This document shows, piece after piece, positions 39,666 through 53,720 of a stretch of 64,000 bases of DNA. A program made the translations under genes and the position numbers. The DNA is taken from the NCBI GenBank assembly GCA_015680685.1, contig MNCI01000416.1, positions 9,578-73,577 on the forward strand. The letters are read 5' to 3'. The DNA comes from Gnetum montanum. Taxonomy: Eukaryota > Plantae > Gnetophyta. Within the stretch, counting starts at the first letter, position 1. Each line of letters opens with the position of its first letter. A model generated the notes under the pieces. That model had not been told where the DNA came from. It ran no database searches and saw nothing but the letters and a program-made list of their open reading frames with translations.

Positions 39666-42289
39666 GTGGGGTTACTTCAGCCCCTACTTTCTTGTTCATT
39701 TGAGTTTACTTTTTAAAGGTTGGAAGAGTTGGTGTAGGGAGACCTCTTGTGATATCCTTTGTTCTTTCATATGTATTTGTGTTTGAAAGTTTCAAGCTTG
39801 AAGAAGTAGAGGCTTGAGATTGACAAGAAATATTTGGAGATGAGAGAATATGTCTTGTTATTTTTGGTAGAAGTTTTGGGAAAGACATCTTATTTTTGAA
39901 GAAAACATCTTGGGGGAGACATCGTCCCTTGACAAGAGGCATCATGCATAAGATGTCTTCCATGAGAGAAAGATCTCTTGGTAGTCAAGAAGACATGTTA
40001 TCCATCAAAAAGACATCTTAGAAAAAACAAGAGACACATTCCTTGAATGTTGGGATTTTGTAGAAAACATCTCCCAAAGGTTAGAGATGACTAGTGTAGT
40101 CATGGAAACTTCCAAAAATACCTGTTCCAATTTGGGAAACAACTGAAACAAGATGGGAAAGGATGAAAATAGCTGAGGAGAAGGTGAAGAGAGTTTGAAA
40201 ACATCTAAAGAAGCCTCAAGTAGAATTAAGAAAAGGTTTCTAGGTTTCTTATCTTCTAGTTTATCACAAATATTATTATATTCATCATTGTTGGTACAAT
40301 GAGTGAGAGAGAGATCTCTTGAGAGTGGAGAGTTGAGAAATAGATAGTGGGTAAGCACATTGGATGAGTGTAATTGGTAATTGCAACTCCAAGAATAGTG
40401 TTATTGATGCATTGAGCTATATATTCTATTTTCTTGTATCTTACTTATGAATTGAGATCTCAATCTCGTGTTATGAAGAGATTTGCTATTGCTTGTATCT
40501 TACATTAATAACAACCATTGTGTGGGTGTAGAACCTCATGCTATATAATATCATTTGAGTGAATTTTTTGGTGTTTATGGGTTTTGTGAACCCTATTGTA
40601 ATCTTCTAGTAAATTAATGTAAGATAGCTAGTTTTCTTATTTTCTATCAAAAAGGTTTTCTCTTGGCATAATATTTGGATTTAATATTTGAAGGTGAATT
40701 ATTATTGGAGTGAACCTTCTCTAGTGAACACTAGGCATAGTTAAGTTAGCTACATCAATACATGCTAATTAATTCATGCTCATTGATGCATCCTTGTTCA
40801 TGTATCCTTGGATGCATTGACACTCATCCTTTCGAAGCCTATATAAATGCGCGCACCAGCCACATTTATGGCATCTTTGGTTATTCTAGTAGCTAAACTC
40901 CTTGAGTTTTCTTTCATAGGACTTAGAAAAATTTTCCTTTAAGTGCCCATAGCATGGAGTGAATTAATTATATAGAGTTTTATTAACTATTACATGAACA
41001 AAAATAAAATCAAGATTTCTTCCGTCCATTATAGCACTTAGATTAGCTTAAGTTTACTTTCAAGCATTCTACTTTACATGTAGTTTATGTTTTTGTACTT
41101 AAATGCTTAATATTTTATTTTGTAGTAAAGTTAGTATGATCATTTCAAGCATAATATATTAATGCTTGGTAATACTAATAGTGAATACTTGGTACGTCTA
41201 GTGGTAAACACTTGGTAACCTAGCAATGTTAGTATAAGTTCAAGATGGGTATGAAAAGTGGAAATAGATACTCTACATGTAGGATAGTTTAGTTATTAAT
41301 TATTTAAAGCTTAATATTTCAACTACTTTATTTCTTAATACTTTTACAAATAAAAAATTATAAATATAAATATCTTACACCTCAATTACACTTAGCCATA
41401 TGAACAAAGTTAACACAAGCAATGCTTGGGAAGATAATGACTAGTAACCTCATGTTTTATCATCTAGGACATAGCCCACATAGGTAGAAGGCATCCACAA
41501 AATATGACTAGACTATGTGTACACACTTGTGATTCATATGGTTAGGTGTAGGAAATACCTACTACTCATCATGGGTGCCATTGTTAAGGATGCTATTTTT
41601 AGTTATGTGTGCTAAGTATTTTAGATAGTAAAATCATGCAAGATCATTGTAATAATATAATGCATCATACTTAAGAAATAATCATATTTTATTAGAGGGA
41701 TATAACAAAAGAGAAAAGTGAAAAAAATATTCTTCTCACAAGGCTGATTCACTACATGTTGATGATCTTAACAAGCTACATGATAAAACCTAGAGAAATG
41801 CTGATGAGATACCTCAATAACTAAAGGTTTTCTATGCCAATTCAGATCCTTATTATTCATATTTTACTTTCATCCTTCATCAAGATGAACAACTATGTTG
41901 GAGAGACTTAGAAGGTAACATTGTGTTACCTCCTCATCATTCTATTCCTTCACTATTCATGGTAACACTAGTGAAGTTTGTACTTAAATTAGTATCCCTA
42001 GAATATCAAGTGAAGGAGTATCTCTCTAGAGACTATGAGTCAATAGAATCCCAACTTAGGAAAGATAAAATCATGGAGGAAGACCATAAATCCTTCAAGG
42101 GTAAGAAGATCCTAATCTCATTTTCACAATTAGAAAAGAAGGATATTGAACTTCCATCAAGGTGATCTTAGCGGTAAGGCTCTCCTCCCTTTCGATGAGG
42201 ACAACATAACCTATCAATAATTACATTCAAACTTGGCAAGAAACCAAGATAAGGGAAGAACTAGTCCCAAAAATAGGAAAACTTCAAGG

Positions 42290-45200
42290 CCAAAATCCCT
42301 AAGTCCTTTATTGAACAAACAACTAAGAGACCAAAGAAGGAGGGCAAGTTGACATAGCTTTGATATGGAGGAATGTGATTGAGACTAGAGGATTAACAAA
42401 TGAGGCGAAGATGAAATTGATAGAAGATCCTAGCATAGAGATGGTATAAGGAAACATAGATAATGACAAGAAGAGTAGGAACAACATAAAGAAAGAAGAC
42501 ATAGCATGCTACATCATAGGAGACATGAACATGAAAAGAACCATTATGAATACGATGACTATGATAAGCCACTTCTTGATATGAGAAGCATGATAAACAT
42601 CTTAAAGGTAGTTCATATTCCCACTAGGAATTAAAGGGATAGCCAAGTCAAATGGCTTGATATGAATAACATCTATAAATTTGAAAGAGGTTATAATGAT
42701 CATCTAAAACATAATTTGCAAGCATTCCATGATGCCTATGTCTTGCAAAACATTTAGAATGAGCGGAAAAAGCTCAAACTATTCCTAGGATACTTGTTAA
42801 AGAAGCTAAAAGTTGGTATCGGTCTTTGGAGTCAAAATCTATCCATAGATGGAGTACAATCTTGGAGCTATTCAATGATAAATATCAAATGTATTTCAAG
42901 GTATATAACTTGAGGAAACAAATTCAAGGATGAAAATAAGGTAATTATAAATCCCTTGATGCAACCTTAGGAAGGTATTACTCTATTCTAAACTAATGCT
43001 TAGGCCATGGTTTTTTTCAAAGGAATTAGATTCATCATGTGATAGATGGGCTCACGAATAAAACTAGAGAGACTCTTGGGATTTATGCCCAAGGGTAATT
43101 ATCAAAAAATGAGACCCATTAGATTTAAAGGCTTATTAATTAAGTGGCCAAATAAGAAGGATAACTAAAAAAGAGTGAAAGTGTATATAAGTATAATAGG
43201 GATTCCTCCATTCATAAAAGGGAGGCACATCTCTACAATACTAAGGAGGAAGCATCATTGAAAAAGGTGTATTAAAAAAATCATGCTAATTCAAAAAAAT
43301 TGCATAGAGATTCAACTAAGATGGATAAAATGTGGAACTCATTAGATGAAAGGTTTTAGATTACTTTAAAAATTGATAAAAGGGGAAGTAAGATGTAGGA
43401 AAGAACTACCATCAATTGAATGGTAAGGCTACATCAGTTGATGAGGTTGCAGATTTTAAAATAGAAGATGAAGGGTGTGACATCTACCAATATAAACGTC
43501 TCAAGGGATGTTGCTAAATACTATCACACCTACAAGAATCTAGGATTTATACCTTGAATATAAATTTTGTTAGAAGACAACCACCTAGAAGATTTCCTTA
43601 TTCACAAGGTAATTATTGGCAATAGTTCCACCAACAATAGTATTATCCAAGTGGAGCGCCACCTCAACCTTAAAATTATTATCATTAATTGCAAAACCCA
43701 TAGTTGTTAGGGATGCCACCATCAAGGTAGTAGTATCCTCACTACTAACTAGACCCGTATGGATATTATGTCCAACAACCTATGTTTCCTAGTAGCTCTA
43801 CAAGCCACATTTCTTTTTGCCATTACTACTATCCCCTTGAATATCATAGACCTAACACTCTACAAGCTAAATCTTCTTTCTCTTACACTCATCATTATCC
43901 ACCACAACACATCTCTAACCTTTACGTCTTTGCCAGCTATAATACCTATGCAAGGTGAGACATTTCTGTAGCCTTAGCAACATGTTGTCATGTGGGTGAT
44001 AAACTTACACTTGGGTGATAATTCATGTGGTTCTAAGTGTAATCCTTAAAAAAGGACTTTCTTCAAGTTCAAAAATTTTCCTAAACTCCTATAGGCATTT
44101 GTGGTTACGAATGCTTCTTAAAATACTCTAGAGATATCCACCAAGCTAGCTTCAAATCATAGATCACAAAATGTACACACTATCATGTTAACTCATGCAA
44201 TAATTGATTGGATAAAGGTGGAATACCTTTATAGAAAAAGAATTGATCTTGAAAGTCCTGTAATTTATTTGCAAATTGTAGGAAATTATCTATGCAAGGT
44301 TGTACTAGACTTAGGTTTTACTATGAAATTAATTTCCTAAGAGTTGTACAAAACTTGGAACCTACCTCCACTTAAGAAATTTAACATAAGATTAGAGCTT
44401 GATCATCATTTCCTTAAGACTAGTGAAGGATATTATAATCATTGTATGTGGATGATCATAACTAGTAGACTTCTTGGTTATTTATGTAGATAAATGTAAA
44501 GGGGACTTCACAAATATCATGTGAAGGGGTTGAATAAGTACAATTAATGCCAAGTTAAGGATTAGAAACCTCTCCTTGAAAATTTTAAAGGAAAATGAGT
44601 TTGGAATTATTACGAAGAAGAGGGTTCCATGCATTGCATATAGTGAAGCATTCATTGCATGCAGAAAGTATAGACCATAAACAACACATTCATTATATCA
44701 TGTAATAAGTATGCCAAGACCACCTAAATCCAATGGTGTTTGTACTTAACAACCAAAAAAAATAACAAGGTACCTAGTAGATGAAAATAGATGATAGCTC
44801 CAATTTTATAATGTGCATAGAACTAGCTGAAATCCTTACAAGTGCTTACATTAATAAGATGGATGAAATAGAGTAGATTTAGAAGCAACTTTTCAAAGAA
44901 GAGTAATTCTTACTAGAATCTTTGGAATATGTATTCATTAATAATGGGAAGCCAATAGTCATCAATGCCTGAATCACTAAGGAATAGAAGAAAAAACTGC
45001 TATTGGTAGTCAAAAAATGACCAATAGCATTTTTTAGTTATATGATGAATTAACAGGAATAGATCCATGCATATGCTAGCACCAAATATATATAGACTCC
45101 ACTATTAAATCAAATAGGTAACTGCAAAGGAGATTGAATCCAAAACTAAAATAAATTTTTTAAAATGAAGTTGAATAGCGTCTCAAAGTGAGATTCATTT

Positions 45201-46508
45201 TTTCATTTTAGATAGTCAGTGGGTAAGCCTACTCGTTATTGTACCAAAAAAAAGGATAATGGAGAGTGTTTATAGACTTCAAGGTGTTGAACATGGCTAC
45301 ATTTAAAGATAATTTCCATTGCCATTTGTGGACCAAGTGTCAGACATAATTGTAAGGCATAGTTATTATAATTTTTTTAATGGGTATAATGGATATAATA
45401 AAATAAAAATTGCTTCAATAAAATAGGCTAAAACAACTTTCACAAGTCCCTGGAAGAATTTTGCATAGAAGAAGATGCACTTTGGCCTATGTAATGCTCA
45501 TGTAAATTTCCAACATCTACTTCTAAGTATCTTTTAGCAACAAATTGATAGTGGTGTAAAAGTCTTCATGGTTGACTTCTCCACCTATGGAGCTAATTTT
45601 GAGAAAGAATTGAACCATTTTGAGGAAGTACAGAAATGATGTGTGCACATAAACTTACAACTCAACTAGTAGAAGAGCCACTTGATGGTCCAAGAAGGCA
45701 TTATCTTAGGGCAGATAATTTTAGGGAAAGGGATTGAGGTGAGCCTTTAAAAGATAAAGGTCATCCAAGGAATCATCAAACAGCCTTAAACTGTCAAAGA
45801 TGCAAGCTCATTCCTTGGTCGTACTAGTTACTATAGGTGTTTTATTGAAAATTTCTCTAAAATTTCCACGCTATTAGTTGATCTTACCAAGAAAGATGTA
45901 GTATGCAATATTTGAGTGGACCATGGAATGCAAATAGGCATTTCAACACTTGAAACAAAAGCTCATAGAAACACCTATTTTATGTGTCCCAAATTGCTCC
46001 AAAACTTTCCACATCATAATGGACACATCGAACTATGCATTAGCAGTGGTACTAAGATAAATGGATGATAAAAATGTCAATATTTTATCCATTGTATAAG
46101 TAGAAGCATTGTGGATGCACAAATCAATTACACCATTATAGAAAAGGACCTCATAACATTGATATATGCTCTAGAGAAATTCAAGAACTATGTGCTTTGA
46201 TATACAATTTTTGTACATGCTGATCACAATCTAATTCACTTCCTAATGAATAAGCCAACAGTAAGCCCCTAGGTTATATGATGGTTGGTGATCTTACATT
46301 AGTTTGTTTTAATGATGATGGATAGAAATGAGAATGAGAATGTAGTTGTAAATCATTTATCTCATTTAAGATAGGATAACAATGATAATAAAGAACCCTT
46401 ATCCGATCAATTTCTAGATGAGCTTCTCTTTGCTAGGGCAACTAAAGTTCATATACTAAGGGTTACAAACTGGTATGATAAATTCCTCTTATATCTACTC
46501 ACATAAGA
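42290..46508 (+). pseudogene. pol: gag-PR-RT-RNaseH of E
   Basis: gag LQAFHDA, KLKLF, EAKSWY; PR KVVLDLG (~44296); RT SQWVSLLVIVPK, WRVFIDFKVLN, FFNGYNGYNKI, VFMVDF; RH IIMDTSNYAL, NYTIIEKDL. Confidence 0.9.
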
Positions 46509-47208
46509 TGTTGACCATTTGGCATGTCAAAACCTTAAGGAAAATGGAGAACACAGATTGTTTGTGGTGTGTGTGTAGGGCATGAATTAAAATTTAAGAA
46601 AATGAATAAGATGTCAAAATGAAGATCACATAGGCAAGATGAAAGCATGGACAAGTATGAATGAAAATGAAGGCTACAAATCAAATGAAGATGCTGTGAG
46701 GATTGGTAAGAACACAAATTGGCATGAGAAAGCCTCTTAAGACAAGGAGCAAAAGTTGAGGAAACATCTACTATTTTTAGGAGACATCTCTAACAAAAAG
46801 TAGACATCTCCCTAGAGACATCTCACAAGAGATGTCCCAGTTTCAAAGGAGGTGTGTCTTGAAAATTAAGGCCAATCTTAGATAGAAGTCTCTATCATGA
46901 ATAAGACATCTACACTAGCCATTGGATAGCTATTGCACAAATTATTGGGAGTTTTTGAAAACTCCAAGGCTATAAGAAGATACCAAATTCTTGGAAATTA
47001 TGCAAGCACTGTTCACATCAAATCAATCATTGTCATATCTATTCTATTATATTCTTGTTCTTCATTGTTACATCATATGCTTGGTTGTATGTTGTATTGA
47101 TCTTCAACTACAAGGACTTGTAAATTTAGTTACATTCTTTCCTTTCATCTTTTTCTTTTTTGGTAGCCCTATAGGATTGATGTGCTTCTTGTGAGAAGGC
47201 ATCCTCAT

Positions 47209-47525
47209 TGAGCTTGTTGGGATCTTGTGGGATTGAGTGGTTTTACAATGTCAAAATACTTTAGAGTGGAGCTCAATTTTGTAAAGGTTTTAGGATCCTA
47301 GAAATCACATTCTGAGCTTGTTGGGACCTTGCAACATTCAGTGGTTTTATAGTGATGAAACAATTTGAAACAAAGTTCAAAGCTTGTATAGGGTGTGGTG
47401 CCCTTCAAACCACATTTTCAACTTGTTCAGACCTTGTGAGGTTGAAAGATTTTGCAACAACAAAACTCTCTATAGTGAAGCTCAAATCTTGTCAAGGTTA
47501 TGATACCCTTCAAACAACATTTTGA
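47209..47525. repeat. ~105 bp tandem repeats (x3) in F LTR; second copy 52054-52365
   Basis: Unit gagcttgttggga(t/c)cttg...aaaccacatt repeated three times. Confidence 0.8.
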
Positions 47526-47731
47526 AGCAATAAAGTCTAGAGATGTGCAAGGAATATCCCTCCTCTTGTGGACTACCCATGTTGGGGAACCATGTAAACT
47601 TTGGTATGTTTTTGTGGCTAATGCATTTTTAATTTGTGAACTTATTTAACCCCATTTCTAAGTTCTTGATGCTCAAGTGGTATTGGAGCCTAGTACTTTT
47701 GGTTTTGAGCGTAACAACTCAGGAGTAAACG

Positions 47732-48900
47732 ATGGAAGAAAGATCATACATCAAGTCACCAATGTTCAATGGGATCACCTTCACATGCTAGAAGACTCAA
47801 ATGCAAAAATTCTTTACGTATGCGAGGTTCATAGTTTTGGCATTCATCTTGGATGAATGCATTCAACTTAGTAGCATAATTTTGTGTAGTAAAGGTAAGA
47901 GTAGAGGTAAGTAATATAAAATATTAAATTTTGATACCATTTCTATGAAAAGCTGGATATGTGGTAGAAGATGCCACATGGCCTTCAAGTGCTCTAATGC
48001 TTTCAAGTTATAAGGAAAAGGGTATAGTGAAGAAAGGAGAAGTAACATCTATACAAGTTGGTATGACAAAGAGGAAATAACTTAAGAAGATAAGAAGGAA
48101 AAAATTATCTACACTAGATGGGACAATGGAGAACAAAGTGAGGAAGAGGTAGATAACACTACAAAGAAGTCACACGTCATCTGCATGGCTCTCATAGATG
48201 ATAATGCTAGCCTATTTGATGATGATGGTCAAATTGAAAATAATGAAGAAAGGTATGACCTCTTGTGTTATCTTCAAAATCTTTGTATAACATTGAATAA
48301 GGAATTGAAGAATAAGAATCAAGATCTCTCTTTATTAAATATGAAAATTTTAGAACTCACAAAAGAAAACTCATACCTAAGGGCTAAGAATAAAAAACTA
48401 GTTCTTAGCCCTTAGGTCTAAGTTTTCTTTGTGAGGTCTCAAATTTTAAGGAAGAACTTGCAGATGCTAAACTTGTAAATGAGAGGCTAGTCAAATGAAA
48501 AGAATCCCTCCATATAGTTCTTTAGCAAGGAAGAAGTTCACACAATAAAAGTGAACTAGTATGTTATTCACATGAAGAAGCATATACACAAATTTCATCC
48601 CAACAAAAGGCTTTTCCAAATATGATTGAAGTATTAATAGGTACTACATTCCAACCAAGAGTAGCTCCAAGGTTTGATCACTTTAATCACAATAGAAAGG
48701 TTAGATGTTATTACCGTAATAGGATTGGGCATAAGCAATGGAATTGCAATTTAAAATATTATCACATGAACACTTGGTTGTATCATAAGACTCCTTGGTC
48801 TTACCCAAATGTAGTTAGAAAAGAAATCTTGTAGGGCAAAAAGGAATGGAGGAAAAATCAAAAGGGTAAAGAGAATAAAAATAGGTGGAGAATCAAGTGA
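47732..48900 (+). pseudogene. gag: Copia-type gag remnant of F
   Basis: N-terminus SPMFNGITFTC*KTQM matches Copia gag PxFxGxxFxxWKxxM. Knuckle relic CYYRNRIGHKQWNC. Confidence 0.7.
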
Positions 48901-51900
48901 AAAGAATGAAGTGAAATTACTCTCAAAAATTTTGTGAAAGGGATAAAGACATTAGAAATAGATGGAATTAGTATGAAAAGAGGAACTTCGAAAGAAGAAT
49001 TAATCTTCATCAACATGAAAGGTAAGTAATGGTAAGTATAGGTGTAATCATTATTCCTTGACTTGATGAGATTAGACTAGATTAATTTATTTTTTATGAT
49101 TAAATGGAAGCTATTGAAAATATTTGGAAATACAAAGAAATTTCCACTTGATCTTGCAAATTGTTGAAGCTATAATATCCTATAATGTCTTGATTATGTT
49201 GCTTTTAAAGTTTTTGTTGATAAATTAAGGTCTTAACTAGAATATAGTGGTTTCAAGTGGTTCAAAGACCTTAAGTGTAATTCATTGACCAAAAGCTCTT
49301 TGATGAACATTTATTGCTATTTAAACATATATATGTCTTGTGCTCCAAACTCTTAATTAAGCTATGACATTATTACTTCCTTGTGAAATCATAAAGTTTG
49401 ATTGTTTTTAAAATATTTTTTATGTATCGTAATTGAAGCATTTAAATTGGTACCTTTAATGTAATTCATGTTTCTTCTAAGAAAAAAACATTTCAAAAGA
49501 AATTCCTTGAGCATATGAATTATTTGCTATCTTTATCATAAGGTACTACTAATGGGTGGCCTTACTTTCAAAAGTCTCCAAAATTAAGCTTGAGATGATG
49601 CTCCAAATTTATGGAGACATCACCCAACCCTTATGTAATTTTCAATGTATGTGAGATGTTTATGTATGTTTCCTTATGATTATTTCAAGGTGTTTTGCCA
49701 TATTTGGGACTATTTTAGATTTATTTTGATAAGCCTAGGAGGTTCTAGGGGCTATGCAAACTTATTTAGAGGTGTTCAAAGGTTTCAGACCTCTAAATGT
49801 GCATCTTTATTTTTGGCCTTGGTAGGATAGACATATACTCTAAGAGTTAGACATCTCATCTACATTTAAGACTTTCTATTTTGATAGCAGAATTCTATCG
49901 TAGGAGGTAGATGGGCAAAGTAACCCATGAATGGACATTCAAGCAATGGATGCATTACAAAAGTTGAAGATTGTAGTTGCTACTATGATTTTTTTTGGAT
50001 TCTCAGTGTCTAATCACATTGTTCTTTCTTTTCAAAAGGGATTTCTTGTTAATTATCTAGGAAGAAATTGTTGGCAATAAAATTTTAAAATATTTTCATC
50101 TTCATTATTAAAGAATTTACTAATGAGAGACCTTAGTCTTTACAATTGATCCTAGAATTTCTATGTAGCATGAAGATTCTAAAAGCCTCAAGGGGAAAAT
50201 ACCAATCTCTTTACAATAGATACACTATGACCAAAGAGACTAGGAAGAAATATAAACATGTATGTAAGGGAATCCTATACCTCATTACTGGTTACCATCT
50301 TATAGGCCATTGATGTAGTGGAAATCTTTTGAGATTTTTACCAAAAGACACTCAAGCAGCAAGAATTCCCACTCCAACACCCATAGTTGAAAATAAGCAA
50401 GAAGAGGACTATTCATTTTAGAATATTATAAAGTATCCAAGGTAAAAGTATGAGTTAATTTTGGTTAAGATATCTTTTGGATATTTTAACTTGTGGTGTA
50501 TTTCTTGGTGTTGGTATTTAAAATTGACATGGGTATGTACAAATTACTCTATGAGCATCTTGTTAAGGATATGTTTAGTTGTTCTTGAGATATTTGGCAT
50601 GATAAGTTTTATTTCTTTAATCTTTCTTATGAGTATTTGATCTAATTATTAAAATTTGGATATGGATGTATTTACTCTATTACCATGAAATTACTATGCC
50701 TTATATTTTTGGAGTAGACATTGGATGATTACAAAATCATGAGATATTGGTTTATTTATTGCTAATGGAATAATTGGTTCAAAAGACAAGTTACATGATT
50801 CTCAATGCTCAAATTTTGGACTTCGGCCTTTGGTTTTAAATACTCTTATACATCACTTGAAAGGTATGACTTAGTTGTGTTTAGATTAGTGGTGGCCCAT
50901 TCATTTTAACTTCGTGAACAGATAAGGAACAACTCTTAATGGAAAGTGATTTGTCATCATCTGTCCTACGAATCAATGCTAAGAGATGTATACTCTTTAA
51001 TTGATTTTCTTCCTTACCTAAATGTTTGTATCTCTATGGGATTGTCATATGATGTTATGATGTCATATGAAATTTTATCTAAAGGAACTTTATTGAGGAT
51101 TATGGTTGGTTGTTATCTTCTTTTTTCTTTTTCTTTTTTTTTTCTTTTTTTTTTTGCTTCTTTTAGGATGTTGACCAAAAAGGGGAAGAGAGTAGAGTAT
51201 GTAATTAAAATATTAAAATAAAGATATCAAGCATGCTAACTTTATATATTTTTTTGTTGATGGATTATACTTTGCTATATCAATATATACATTTATTCCA
51301 TTTAAATTTTACATATTTCTATGGGATATACTAACCCATTTTCTTAGGTTTTGGACATCACTAAAAACAGGGAGATTGTTGATCTTTTGGTATGTCAAAA
51401 CCTTAAGGAAAATTTAGAACATATATTGTTTGTGATGTGTGTGTAGGGAATGAATGAAAACATAAGGAAATGAATGAGATGTCAAAATCAAAACTACATA
51501 GGAAAGATGAAAGCATGGATGAAAACAAAGGCTACAGGTTAAATGAAGATGCCTTGAGGATTGGCAAGAAGGAAAATTGATGGAAGAAAGCCTCTTAAGA
51601 GAAGGAAAAAAATTTCAGGAGATGTCTACTATTTTTAGGAGACATCTATATCACAAAGTAGATGTCTCTACAGAGACATCCCATTTTTAAAGGAGACATC
51701 TCTTCATAATTGAGGCCAATCTCAGGTAGACATCTCAACCACAAAGAAGACATCTACACTAGCCATTGGGTAGTTGTTGCATGAATTCTAAGGAGTTTTC
51801 AAAAACTTCAAGGCTATAAGAAAATACCAAATTCCTAGGAATTGTGCAAGCACTATTCACATCCGATCAATCGTTGTCATATCTATGCTATTTTATTCTT

Positions 51901-52524
51901 GTTCTTCATTATTAAATCATTTTCTTGGTTATATGTTGTATTGAGATTTAACTACAAGGACTTGTAAATTTAGTTACATTCTTTCCTTGTGTCTTTTTCT
52001 TTTTTTGTAGCTCCATAGGGTTTGATGTGCTTCTTGCGAGAAGGCATCCTCATTAAGCTTGTCGAGATCTTATGGGATTGAGTGGTTTTGCAATGTCAAA
52101 ACACTCTAGAGCAAAGCTTAATTTTGTAAAGGTTGTGGATCCTTGAAACCACATTATGAGCTTGTTGGGACCTTGCAAGGTTCAGTTGTTTTGTAGCAAT
52201 GAAACACTCCATAGCAGAGCTCAAAGTTATACAAAGTGTGGTGCCCTTCAAACCACATTTTCAACTTGTTGGGAACTTTCAAGGTTAAAAGATTTCATAG
52301 TGACAAAAATCCTTGTAGCAGAGCTCAAATCTTGTAAAGGTTGTGGTGCTCTTCAAACCACTTTTTAAAGGAACGAAGTCCATAGGTGTGCAAGAAATCT
52401 ATCTTCTAAGTGTGGACTACCCAAGTTGGGTAACCACGTAAAATTTTGTGTGTTTTTGTGGCTGATGCGTTTTTAATTTTGGAACTTATTCAACCCCCCT
52501 TATAAGTTCTCGATCCTCACAAGA

Positions 52525-53720
52525 GACTCCTACCAAATGGGATCATAGAAAGAAAAATAGTTTCTGCACCAGGTCAAATACTACGTAGAAATAGAGGACA
52601 ACGTCTACAAGGTTTATGCTAATGGCCTAGTATGATGGTGCATACCTGATGCAAATTAACTAAGAGTCCTCTAAGATGCTTACGAGAACCCTTGTGGGGG
52701 CCATAATGTAAGAAGAAGGATGGCCATAAATATCTTGATGGTAGGATATTTTTGGCTAATGATCTTTAGGGATGCATACCATTTTGTTCATTTGTGTGAG
52801 AGATGTCAACAAGATGAAGGAATTACAACTAGAATGGAAGGATCCCAAAAGTGGATTCAACCACTAGAACCATTTGATCTTTGGGGAATTGATATCATGG
52901 GATCCATCACTCCCATGTCTAATGGGAAGTCGTATATGATTGTTTCTATTGACTATTATATAAAATGAGATGAAGTTGCATTCATTTTTGAATGTACTAC
53001 CACTACTACAACTAAATTCTTTCAACAATAAGTGGTAAATAGGTTTGGTGTGCTTAGAGTACTAATTTCTAACAAGGAAACTCACTTTATACGTGCTATC
53101 TTTCATAAGTTAATGTAACAATTGGAGGTGCAACATAAACTCATAACATCTTGCCATCCTCAAGCTAGTGGCTAAAGTAGAAGTAAAAAATAAGGAGTTT
53201 ACTCAAATTCTAATACAAATCATTAGTAAATATATAAACAATTAGAGTACCAAACTCAATGATGCCCTTTGGGCATATCACTCAACCTACAAACTTCCTA
53301 TAGGCTACTTTCTCTATGAGTTAGTATACAAAAAGTTACCCAAACTTTTAATTCAAACCAAGCTTTGTACACTCACAATTGCATACAATCTTAACTTGGA
53401 TATTAACTTAGCATAAAAGAAATGATTCATGACAATTAACATGTTAGATAAAAATCAAAGAACAGCTTAATGATGAATGAAGTGCACAAGGCATACAATA
53501 AACAACATCATGATGCATATATAAGAAAAGTTACATTCAAACTAGGAGAGAAGATTCTCTATTGGAATCCCATGCAGGTGCCAAAACGAACTAAGTTCCA
53601 GACATTATGGGAAGGATCATACATAAGACACTCAACTTTTCCTTCTAGGGCTATGATAATTTACCATTCAACAAGTCCTCAAAAGTAAATTTTGGTCAAC
53701 ATCTAGTAACTCAAATCCTT
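52525..53720 (+). pseudogene. Integrase of E (resumes after F)
   Basis: CGGH...GYFW...CERCQ zinc finger; EPFDLWGIDIMG; SIDYY; NRFGV; HPQASG; KFQTLWEGSY (GPY/F module). Confidence 0.9.

Larger units (their letters stand above)
25445..40722 (+). mobile_element. Element D: chromovirus-type Ty3/gypsy retrotransposon (decayed), containing nested C
   Basis: LTRs ~25445-26410 and ~39730-40722. PBS tggtattaaagcc at 26412 (tRNA-iMet type). Domain order gag-PR-RT-RH-INT-chromodomain. No TSD found. Confidence 0.88.
46509..52519 (+). mobile_element. Element F: non-autonomous Ty1/copia (SIRE-like) LTR element without pol
   Basis: LTRs 46509-47675 and 51377-52519 (TG...CA). TSD taaga/caaga. PBS tggtattggagcc at 47678. 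PPT aaaaacagggagat at 51363-51376, plus an upstream PPT-like tract at 51176-51190. Confidence 0.88.
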
